A DNA stretch of 40,118 nucleotides from assembly GCA_031426555.1 (NCBI GenBank), contig JANPLN010000072.1:1-40118 (forward strand). Direction: 5' to 3'. The DNA is from Bdellovibrionales bacterium. GTDB lineage: Bacteria > Bdellovibrionota > Bdellovibrionia > Bdellovibrionales > JAGQZY01. Both the position numbers and the translations under genes were made by a program. Below the pieces are notes generated by a model. It searched no databases, had not been told where the DNA came from, and saw nothing but the letters and a program-made list of their open reading frames with translations. Shown here piece by piece: positions 27,293-35,228 of this stretch (its first letter is position 1; every line of letters starts with the position of its first letter).

Positions 27293-27766
27293 TTATAAAT
27301 TTCGCCTCGAGTCTCGCAGGGCATAGGGTACGACCCCGCTGACTTCACAGTCGTTCAGGAGCAGATAATCCAAAACTGCCAAAAAGTCCCTTCCCCAGGA
27401 GACGACTCGAGAGAAAGGTAAAAGAATCCAGATTCCCTTACCAAGTTTTTGCGAAATCACGCCCGTAAGGGCTCTTATAAATCGTCGGTAAAGGTCTCGA
27501 TTGGTAATTTTGATGCAAAAGTGGAAGTGATCTTTCTGTACGCTTTCTTTGTAAACTTTGATTCCAAATCTTTTTGCGTAGATGCAGAGTAGCTTTCGGA
27601 GCAGGATACGATGCATGTAAAGGTTTGCACTTTTTTTCGATTTTAAAACGAAATGTAAAGGCTTACGACTGTCGAGCACGCGCGCGGTTTTGCGTTTTCC
27701 ATTTGTAGATAAAGTTCCACCGAATTGTTTTTCAGCGGGCTTAAAAAAACTCATTTGTCGGGACAT
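27293..27766 (-). CDS. Y1/HUH transposase-like protein, copy B
   Basis: About 80% aa identity to copy A by manual count; DHFH and DYLLLN motifs; AGGAG RBS. Confidence 0.8.
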   Translation of the reverse strand: MSRQMSFFKPAEKQFGGTLSTNGKRKTARVLDSRKPLHFVLKSKKSANLYMHRILLRKLLCIYAKRFGIKVYKESVQKDHFHFCIKITNRDLYRRFIRALTGVISQKLGKGIWILLPFSRVVSWGRDFLAVLDYLLLNDCEVSGVVPYALRDSRRNL

Positions 27767-28047
27767 ATTTTCTCCTATTTAGATAGGAGTATATCAGCAG
27801 TTTTGAAAAACTCTTTTTTAGAAAAATTAAAAATTCCATCGTTAGTAAACCTATCGTGGCAGTCTGTCTTTTAACAGCCCTGAAGGCTTTGCCCCGAGGA
27901 GATGTGAAGCATCTACGAGTCGCTTGGTGTTCTGCGATCGCACGTTCACGAGAGGCGAAATCTTGCGATCAAAATATGCGTCAAGATTTACCGACACATG
28001 TCAAAAAAATAATTAATGTTTCTTTTGCGAAAGCTTCGCCGTCAAAA

Positions 28048-28207
28048 TGTTGAGTTGTTGAGTTGTTGAGTTGTTGAGTTGTTGAGTTGTTGAGTTGTTG
28101 AGTTGATGAGTTGATGAGTTGATGAGTTGTTGAGTTGTTGAGTTGTTGAGTTGTTGAGTTGTTGAGTTGTTGAGTTGTTGAGTTGTTGAGTTGTTGAGTT
28201 GATGAGT
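28048..28207. repeat. Tandem repeat of 20 x 8 nt (16 TGTTGAGT + 4 TGATGAGT)
   Basis: Counted directly; variant units are numbers 8, 9, 10 and 20. Confidence 0.97.
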
Positions 28208-28721
28208 TTTACAGAGGCGAAACTTATGGGGCCAAGGTTAAGGATTGCGATTTGTTGCAAAATTACTCTTACTTCTAATTTGTACCTGCACAAACGTTCC
28301 GTTCTCTGTTGAGGCTGATTGTTCAAAAAAATAGTATCTCTCTAGTTTTGTGTTTCCCGATTGGTCATATTCAACTCGTGTCGTGAAAACTCGACTCGTA
28401 TTGACAGCTAAAAGTTTCTTCACAGCGTAAAAACTCCGTCAGATCACTCTCAAAAATTTCGTCATGCTAGTGAATGACGCACGATTCTCTACAATTTAAA
28501 TGCCAAAATGAAACCAAATCTTTGTCGCAACTGTATCGTAAAAAATATTTACGCAACGTAATGACACAGAACGCATCTCATTAATTTCGTATTTTCTCCT
28601 CTGAGAATGCAAAAATAAAATTTTAAAAATAAAAAAAATATAAAAAGTTTTGCATATGAACACGTGTTGCGTTTATTTTACATGTGTCTCGAGACAACTG
28701 AATTAACAACAGGAGGCAAAA

Positions 28722-29453
28722 GTGAAAATTATTTTTTTTGTAGCAAGTTTATTGTGTTTAAATGTATCAGCTTCACTTCCAGACGCAGAGGAAGTGGTCA
28801 ATCAGGAAGCAGCAAGCAGCAAAGTAGTAACTGCTGTGAACGCAGAACTGGCCAATGAAGCGGATATCATCGACGAAGACGTCGTGGGTGAAGTCACTAT
28901 CGTGACAACCCAGGACGAAGAGGAGCAGGCTCTCTCTGAGCTCGAAGAAGATCAGAGCGAAGTGGTGTACGTCGACGATAACGGAGACGAGTATATTTTA
29001 ATTTCCGAAGATTATGCTCACAACGGCGAGACCAGTGTTCGTCTGAAAAAGAAGAAAAAAGGCGGAAAAGGCCGCAACTGCGTCGCACAAGATGGTGGAG
29101 CCTCTTGGTACGGACCTGGCTTCAACGGCAACAGCACAGCCAATGGCGAACGGTTCAATCAAAACGACATGACGGCAGCCCACAAGACGATTAAGTTTAA
29201 CAGCCTTGTTCGAGTGACGTATCAGGAGCGCTCGGTGGTGGTTCGGATTAACGATGCTGGGCCTTTTATTCGCGGTCGGGTGATCGATCTTTCAAAGGCG
29301 GCAGCCCAGGAACTCGGTTTGATCGCTTCGGGCCATGGGAAAGTGAAGTTAGAAATACTTCGCTGCGGAGCCGAAGGAGCTGTTGAAGAAACGAAACCGG
29401 CCAAAACTGAAGAGAAAAAAGACGAGAAAAAGGCTGACGACAAAAAAGACTAG
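28722..29453 (+). CDS. rlpA: RlpA-family (DPBB) lytic transglycosylase-like protein with acidic N-terminal extension
   Basis: GASWYGPGFNGNSTANGERF, MTAAHKT, VVRINDAGPFIRGRVIDLSKAAA; AGGAGG RBS, GTG start; no SPOR domain. Confidence 0.88.
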   Translation: MKIIFFVASLLCLNVSASLPDAEEVVNQEAASSKVVTAVNAELANEADIIDEDVVGEVTIVTTQDEEEQALSELEEDQSEVVYVDDNGDEYILISEDYAHNGETSVRLKKKKKGGKGRNCVAQDGGASWYGPGFNGNSTANGERFNQNDMTAAHKTIKFNSLVRVTYQERSVVVRINDAGPFIRGRVIDLSKAAAQELGLIASGHGKVKLEILRCGAEGAVEETKPAKTEEKKDEKKADDKKD

Positions 29454-29485
29454 CTCAGAGTAAAAAGCGAATAGCTCTGCCGATC

Positions 29486-30094
29486 CTATTTGCAATCAAA
29501 CAGCGGCTGGAAAAACTCGGGCTTGTGAAAGTTGGGTTTTTTCTGCTGAGGCAAAAAAGCACTCCAGTAGGTGCGCGGCGTTTTTCCGATAATGGTAAAA
29601 AAGTTACCGCGCACTCGACTGGCATTGCCATCCCATCCAATTCGCGACAAAGGAATCACAAAACTGGCACTCCACTCGGTGGCCGATGCCCGAGCGGAAG
29701 TCACCACAGGTTCGATATCTACACCCGCACGCTTTCCATTCACCACATCTAAACGCAAATCGTAAACTTGCCCCAGCGGCGTCACTTCAAATTCGTAATA
29801 CGAAAACGTTGAGGCACTGGGATCATCCACGGTGATAAACACTTCGGCCACGTCGTACTGAAATGGATAGTCGTTGGAAGCGTAAACTTCTTTTTTGTGC
29901 AGGACGGGAGAGTTTACCTGGAACGACACCTGTAACTCATCCTTCATAATGGCGTAGCGCACCTGCACGGGTTTCGACAGCGGCGATAAGGCTGGATGAG
30001 CCAAGTTTAAATCAAGGACATCATGTTTTGGCGTGCATAGTGCTGAGCTGAAGTTCATAAAATAGAGAATAGTTTGCAGAAAAATAAAAGTCAT
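29486..30094 (-). CDS. Carbohydrate-binding family 9-like / DOMON-like protein
   Basis: YDVAEVFI, YYEFEVTPLG, WSASFVIPL, RGNFF, PNFHKPEFF. Confidence 0.72.
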   Translation of the reverse strand: MTFIFLQTILYFMNFSSALCTPKHDVLDLNLAHPALSPLSKPVQVRYAIMKDELQVSFQVNSPVLHKKEVYASNDYPFQYDVAEVFITVDDPSASTFSYYEFEVTPLGQVYDLRLDVVNGKRAGVDIEPVVTSARASATEWSASFVIPLSRIGWDGNASRVRGNFFTIIGKTPRTYWSAFLPQQKKPNFHKPEFFQPLFDCK

Positions 30095-30114
30095 GTGCTA
30101 TTCAATGTGAAAGA

Positions 30115-30140
30115 CCCCGCTGCGGATTTTAGCAGCGAGG
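30115..30140 (-). terminator. Probable terminator after ohr
   Basis: On the minus strand, CCTCGCTGC-N8-GCAGCGGGG followed by TCTTT. Confidence 0.5.
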
Positions 30141-30154
30141 CTTTAAAGGAAAAC

Positions 30155-30586
30155 TTACGCGTGAACTTGAAAGTTCACTTCGATGTTATCGCGAGTGGCG
30201 TTGGAGTAAGGGCACACGACGTGGGCTTTTTTTACCAGCTGCTCGGCCGCTGACTTTTCCATGCCTTCCAGGGATACATTCATATCCACCTTGATGCAAA
30301 AGCCTTGAGTGATGGGGCCAATTCCAACTTTAGCTTCTACAAAAAAACCTTCGGGAAGTTTAATTTTTTCGTTACCGGCAACAAATTTCATGGCGCCAAT
30401 AAAACACGCAGAATAACCTGCGGCAAAGAGCTGCTCAGGGTTTGTACCAGGTCCGTCGTTGCCGCCCAAACCTTTTGGCGTAGAGAGCGTAACGTCCAAG
30501 CGTTTGTCGTCCGTTTGCGAAGTGCCTTCGCGGCCGCCAGTGGATTTTGCTGTAGCAGTATAAAGAATTTTATCGAGTTTATGCAT
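30155..30586 (-). CDS. ohr: Organic hydroperoxide resistance protein (Ohr/OsmC family)
   Basis: TGGREG, GTNPEQLFAAGYSACF, AHVVCPYSNATR; AAGGA RBS before ATG 30586. Confidence 0.95.
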   Translation of the reverse strand: MHKLDKILYTATAKSTGGREGTSQTDDKRLDVTLSTPKGLGGNDGPGTNPEQLFAAGYSACFIGAMKFVAGNEKIKLPEGFFVEAKVGIGPITQGFCIKVDMNVSLEGMEKSAAEQLVKKAHVVCPYSNATRDNIEVNFQVHA

Positions 30587-30772
30587 TTGTCCTTCTTTCT
30601 GAAGCAAAAGCTTCTTCAAATTCGTCTTAAATTAAGTGCGAGAGGGTGTTTTTGCAACCCACGTAGAGTCATGGTCTTTGGTCGAGTTTGTTAGGTTTCA
30701 CCAACCGAAAAGTAATTCAAATCCTACAAAGCAATTCTCACAAGTCGTTTACCCTAAGGAAAAGGGGGCCTT

Positions 30773-31780
30773 ATGAGAATTCAAATTTTTACTGATGCAT
30801 GGACTCCGCAGATCAACGGAGTTGTTCGCACACTCAAAACAACCACGCAAGTTTTGCAGCAACAGGGTCACACCATCGATGTGGTCGCGCACGATCGATT
30901 TATTTCGTATCCTTGTCCCACTTACAAAGAGATTCAACTCACGATCAACCCGGGTTGGCGAATGTCGCGAATCATCGAGGAGTTTTCTCCCCAGGCCATT
31001 CATATTGCCACCGAAGGGCCCATTGGTTGGGCGGCTCGGCGGTACTGCCAACAAAATCAAATTCCTTTTTCCACGTCGTTTCATACGCGCTTTCCCGAAT
31101 ATATTAAATCGCGAATTGGTATGCCACGGCGCTGGATTTATCAAATTTTGCGCCGTTTTCACAAACCCGCCGTGAACACCATGGTCTCCACTCCCACCAT
31201 GATCCAAAATTTAAGCGACCGTGGATTTTCGCATTTACGCCTGTGGTCCCGAGGGGTGGACACAAATCTTTTTCATCCGCAAAAGGCGCCAAAGCAACCT
31301 TTAATTTTAAAAAATGGTAGACCGGTTCTTCTTTACGTGGGACGGGTGGCTGTGGAAAAAAACCTACAGGCTTTTTTTGATCTGAAAACCGAAGGTGTCA
31401 AAGTTGTTGTTGGCGACGGGCCCCAGCTCGAGATGTTTAAAAAACGTTACCCTGCAGTGTTGTTTGCGGGGGCGAAATCAGGCGAAGAGCTTGCGGCCTA
31501 CTATGCCTCGGCGGACGTGTTTGTGTTTCCGAGTCGCACCGACACGTTTGGTTTGGTGATGCTGGAAGCTCTGGCCAGTGGCGTGCCAGTGGCGGCCTAT
31601 CCCGTTGAGGGCCCAATCGATGTGATTCGCGATGAGCGCGCTGGAATCCTCGATAACAATTTGGAGATCGCTGTGCAAAAAGCTCTCAAACTTCGCCGTG
31701 CAGACTGTCGCACTTACGCCGAGAGTTTTTCGTGGGCAAAAGCGGCTGGTCAGTTTTTTGCGAATCTCGCGCCGATTTAA
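30773..31780 (+). CDS. GT4 (GT-B) glycosyltransferase
   Basis: TDAWTPQINGVVRTL, HIATEGPIG, YVGRVAVEKN, FPSRTDTFGLVMLEALASGVPV. Confidence 0.94.
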   Translation: MRIQIFTDAWTPQINGVVRTLKTTTQVLQQQGHTIDVVAHDRFISYPCPTYKEIQLTINPGWRMSRIIEEFSPQAIHIATEGPIGWAARRYCQQNQIPFSTSFHTRFPEYIKSRIGMPRRWIYQILRRFHKPAVNTMVSTPTMIQNLSDRGFSHLRLWSRGVDTNLFHPQKAPKQPLILKNGRPVLLYVGRVAVEKNLQAFFDLKTEGVKVVVGDGPQLEMFKKRYPAVLFAGAKSGEELAAYYASADVFVFPSRTDTFGLVMLEALASGVPVAAYPVEGPIDVIRDERAGILDNNLEIAVQKALKLRRADCRTYAESFSWAKAAGQFFANLAPI

Positions 31781-32129
31781 TGTTATTCATCCCAGGGTTT
31801 GGTTCAAGACAAAAGTCGGAGAACTCGAAAACCGACATTCTACAACTCTTGAGTGTTCTAAGTTTAGACGTCCCCAAAACAAGCGTTCGTGGCACAAAAT
31901 TAACTCTAGTGAATGTAGTGTTTATAAGACTGTAATTAGCAAATGATCTGGTAAAAAAGTTGACTCCTTGTCTGCGAGGTTTAGTCACACTGAGCCTTGC
32001 ATGCATTTAATTTCAGCTGACGGTTAAGTTATCCCTCCGTATAACGAACCAAAATTTGACATTAGAAAGCTTCGTTCGCGAACCTTTTTAAAGTACCTTT
32101 TGGAGGAACTTCATCAAAAGGAGACAAGG

Positions 32130-32612
32130 ATGACTTTTTTAAGATTATTTTTTTTCGCATCAGTGCTCACGTTTGGCCTATCATTAAAGGCAGACATTTT
32201 TTCTATTCCAGTTTCGCCAGAGGAATCAATCACTCCGGGAAGCTTTTGCGGGCTTCAGGATATCGATTTTAAAGGTTTTGGGTATTCTGAAAAAATACCT
32301 ACTTGTAAGAGAAGCTTAAACGAGGAAATAAAAGAACTTGTTTACCTTAACTACCAAATACCTGTTGATCTTCGCAAATGTTATTCTCTAGATCATTTCG
32401 TGCCACTTTTTTTAGGCGGGAACAACGCCATCGAAAACTTGTGGCCAAAGCATCATTTTGTGCGAAGTATCCATTCTAAAAGTGAACAAAAACTATTTAA
32501 GTTAGTATTAGCAGGCTCGTTGAAAGTGGACGAGGCAGTTCGAATTATTTTAGATCAGAAAAAAAATTTGCAGGTCGTGATTCCCGCAGATTTTGAATGT
32601 GCAGCAAACTAA
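32130..32612 (+). CDS. Secreted HNH-endonuclease-like protein
   Basis: Signal peptide; YSLDHFVPLFLGGNNAIENLWP; AAGGAG RBS before ATG 32130. Confidence 0.72.
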   Translation: MTFLRLFFFASVLTFGLSLKADIFSIPVSPEESITPGSFCGLQDIDFKGFGYSEKIPTCKRSLNEEIKELVYLNYQIPVDLRKCYSLDHFVPLFLGGNNAIENLWPKHHFVRSIHSKSEQKLFKLVLAGSLKVDEAVRIILDQKKNLQVVIPADFECAAN

Positions 32613-33385
32613 ATCACTTCAAGAATTCGATCGGCAATTTCGCCGAAGATCTTCGCTTGTAAAGAGTCCGGCTTATAAAACAACGGCACGCCCACTTCGC
32701 AGGCCTGGGCGATTTGTGGGCTTAAGGGCACTTCGCCGAGTTTTTTGAGATTTTCTTTTTTGAGATAATCTTCCAACTCGCCCTTTGGAAAAATCGATGT
32801 GCGATCGCCTCCGGGCAATTCAAAGTAAGCCATGTTTTCTACAACACCGATCATTGGAACATTCACCCGGCGAAACATATCGATGGATTTTTTAACGTCG
32901 GCCAAGGCAATATTTTGCGGCGTGGTTACCGTGATCGCTGCAGTGACTGGAATTTTTTGCGCGATACTGAGTTGCACATCGCCAGTTCCCGGAGGGAGAT
33001 CAATGACTAAAATATCGGTGTCGGACCAGTCCACTTCGAACAAAAACTGATTCATGGCTTTAAACAGCATGGGGCCGCGCCAAACAACGGCCATGTCCTC
33101 GTCCACCAGATTGCCGATGCTCATGGTTTTAAGACCACCAGCCATCAACGGCTGAATGAGGTTGTTTTCGATTTCGGGTTTTTGATTGAGGGTGCCCAGC
33201 ATGCGGGGAAGGCTTGGGCCATAGATGTCGGCATCCAACAGGCCGATTTTGAGGCCTTTTTCTTTCAAAGCCAGCGCGAGATGTGTGGAAACCGTGCTCT
33301 TGCCAACGCCGCCTTTTCCGCTACTCACAACGAGGATTTTTTTAACTCCGGGGATGGGCTTTTGTTTATCAAATGGGTTGCTCAT
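32609..33385 (-). CDS. mrp: Mrp/ApbC/NBP35 Fe-S cluster carrier ATPase
   Basis: SGKGGVGKST, DADIYGPS, VWRGPM, DLPPGTGD, GVVENM. Confidence 0.95.
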   Translation of the reverse strand: MSNPFDKQKPIPGVKKILVVSSGKGGVGKSTVSTHLALALKEKGLKIGLLDADIYGPSLPRMLGTLNQKPEIENNLIQPLMAGGLKTMSIGNLVDEDMAVVWRGPMLFKAMNQFLFEVDWSDTDILVIDLPPGTGDVQLSIAQKIPVTAAITVTTPQNIALADVKKSIDMFRRVNVPMIGVVENMAYFELPGGDRTSIFPKGELEDYLKKENLKKLGEVPLSPQIAQACEVGVPLFYKPDSLQAKIFGEIADRILEVI

Positions 33386-33429
33386 TTTATTTCCTTGTCT
33401 AGCTCTGGGCTTTTCGCCAAAATTTAACT

Positions 33430-33792
33430 GTGGGTACAGCGAATAACGTTTTAATTGGCTTGGGCATTTTTGTCATCCTGTTGATTGTATATTTTCAGGG
33501 CAGCAAAAAAAAGCCCATGCCTTCAAAGCTAAACATGCGAGCCGGGTCGCCGGGCACATCTACGCAAACTGCTCAGGTGGTGCCTTCTGAGCTATCGAGC
33601 CTTCCGCTCAACGTCATGTTCAATTACAACGGACACACCTTTGATGCCTATGAAACTTTGGGCATCCCTGCCGGAAGTTCCTGGGACGAGGTGCGTATGG
33701 CGTTTGATAAAAGCATTTCCCAATCCGAAGACACCAGCCAGGAATTCTATCTGACTGCCTTTAATGCCATAAAAACAGTGCAGAAATTTTAA
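33430..33792 (+). CDS. Membrane-anchored hypothetical protein with a J-domain-like C-terminus lacking HPD
   Basis: N-terminal TM helix; DAYETLGIPAGSSWDEVRMAF. Confidence 0.7.
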   Translation: MGTANNVLIGLGIFVILLIVYFQGSKKKPMPSKLNMRAGSPGTSTQTAQVVPSELSSLPLNVMFNYNGHTFDAYETLGIPAGSSWDEVRMAFDKSISQSEDTSQEFYLTAFNAIKTVQKF

Positions 33793-33886
33793 ATTTAATG
33801 CATAGCGCATTTTGACTCTCAAAAGCCCCCCGTGTACCCCTTAACTACATGTTTTTTGACATATCTTTCATAATCCGGAGGCGGCT

Positions 33887-35218
33887 TTGGAAATTCGTTC
33901 ATTAAGTGATCTGCAAACAATGGCATCTCTCAGTAAACGGCGCGGTTTTGTGTTTCAAAGCAGCGAGGTTTATGGCGGGCTTAACTCGTGTTGGGATTAC
34001 GGCCCTTTGGGAACGCTTTTAAAAATGAACGTGAAGCGCACTTGGTTTGAGGCCATGACCCGCCGACCTGATGTTGTGGGTTTGGACGCCGCGATTTTAA
34101 TGCATCCCAAAGTTTGGAAGGCCTCAGGACACGTTGATAATTTTTCCGATCCCATGGTGGATTGCAAATCCTGCAAAGCGCGTCACCGCGCGGATCATCT
34201 CACCGAAAGAAAATGTCCTAACTGCGGCTCGGTGGATTTAACCGAACCCCGCAATTTTAACTTGATGTTTAAAACCCACATGGGTGCGGTGGAAGATGAA
34301 GGCTCTGTAGTCTACTTGCGCCCCGAAACGGCGCAGGGAATTTTTGTGAATTTCGAAAACGTACAAACCTCCATGCGTATGAAAGTTCCTTTTGGAATCG
34401 CGCAGATTGGAAAATCCTTTCGCAATGAGATTACGCCGGGCAATTTTATTTTTCGCACCCGCGAGTTTGAGCAAATGGAAATGCAATACTTTGTAACACC
34501 AGGTGAAGATGAAAGCTTCTACGCAAAGTGGAAAGACTGGCGCTGGCAGTTTTATAAATCCATTGGAATTGACGAAAAGAAATTGCGCTTTCATCCCCAT
34601 GGACCCGACGAGCTCGCGCACTATGCAAAAGCCGCCGAAGACATTCAATTTGCTTTCCCTCACGGCTGGCAGGAGCTTGAGGGAATTCACAACCGTACCG
34701 ATTTTGATCTCACCCAGCACGCTAAGTTTAGCGGCAAAAAAATTGAATACTTCGACGAAGCTCGCAAAGAAAAATACGTTCCGTTTGTGATCGAAACCGC
34801 CGTTGGGTGCGATCGCTTGGTCTTAGCCGCGCTTTGCAATGCCTACCGCGAAGAAGTTTCTCCGCCGGGCGAGGGCGAAACCACCGGCGACGTGCGCGTG
34901 GTGCTGGGCTTTCATCATAAGCTTGCGCCCATTAAAGTTGCTATTTTGCCGCTGTCTAAAAAAGAGCCGCTGCAAACTTTGTCAGATTCTATTTTTAAAA
35001 GTCTCTGCAAACAGTACGACGTTCAGTACGACGAATCGGGCAGTATCGGGAAGCGTTACCGTCGTCAGGATGAAATCGGCACACCTTTCTGCGTGACTGT
35101 GGACTTCGACAGCCTCGAAGACAAACAGGTGACGATTCGCGAACGAGACACTATGAAGCAAGAGCGCATTGCCATTGATCAATTGGAAAATTACTTAAAG
35201 CAAAACTTGAACTTGTGA
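33887..35218 (+). CDS. glyQS: Glycine--tRNA ligase (alpha2 type)
   Basis: [50 protein letters not shown]. Confidence 0.97.
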   Translation: MEIRSLSDLQTMASLSKRRGFVFQSSEVYGGLNSCWDYGPLGTLLKMNVKRTWFEAMTRRPDVVGLDAAILMHPKVWKASGHVDNFSDPMVDCKSCKARHRADHLTERKCPNCGSVDLTEPRNFNLMFKTHMGAVEDEGSVVYLRPETAQGIFVNFENVQTSMRMKVPFGIAQIGKSFRNEITPGNFIFRTREFEQMEMQYFVTPGEDESFYAKWKDWRWQFYKSIGIDEKKLRFHPHGPDELAHYAKAAEDIQFAFPHGWQELEGIHNRTDFDLTQHAKFSGKKIEYFDEARKEKYVPFVIETAVGCDRLVLAALCNAYREEVSPPGEGETTGDVRVVLGFHHKLAPIKVAILPLSKKEPLQTLSDSIFKSLCKQYDVQYDESGSIGKRYRRQDEIGTPFCVTVDFDSLEDKQVTIRERDTMKQERIAIDQLENYLKQNLNL

Positions 35219-35228
35219 GGCCTATCTA

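Noticed and set aside
28048..28207. Possible CRISPR array
   Set aside because: Contiguous 8-mers with no spacers and no cas genes in the window.
28042..28326. 94-aa ORF with NNSTTQQL repeats
   Set aside because: It is the translation of the 8-nt tandem array (3 units = 8 codons), with no convincing RBS.
28238..28423. 61-aa minus-strand ORF (possible gene remnant)
   Set aside because: No recognisable motif, and an in-frame stop lies shortly upstream; not enough evidence to call a gene or pseudogene.
31686..32006. 106-aa minus-strand ORF between the GT4 and HNH-like genes
   Set aside because: Overlaps the GT4 3' end; no motif or clear RBS.
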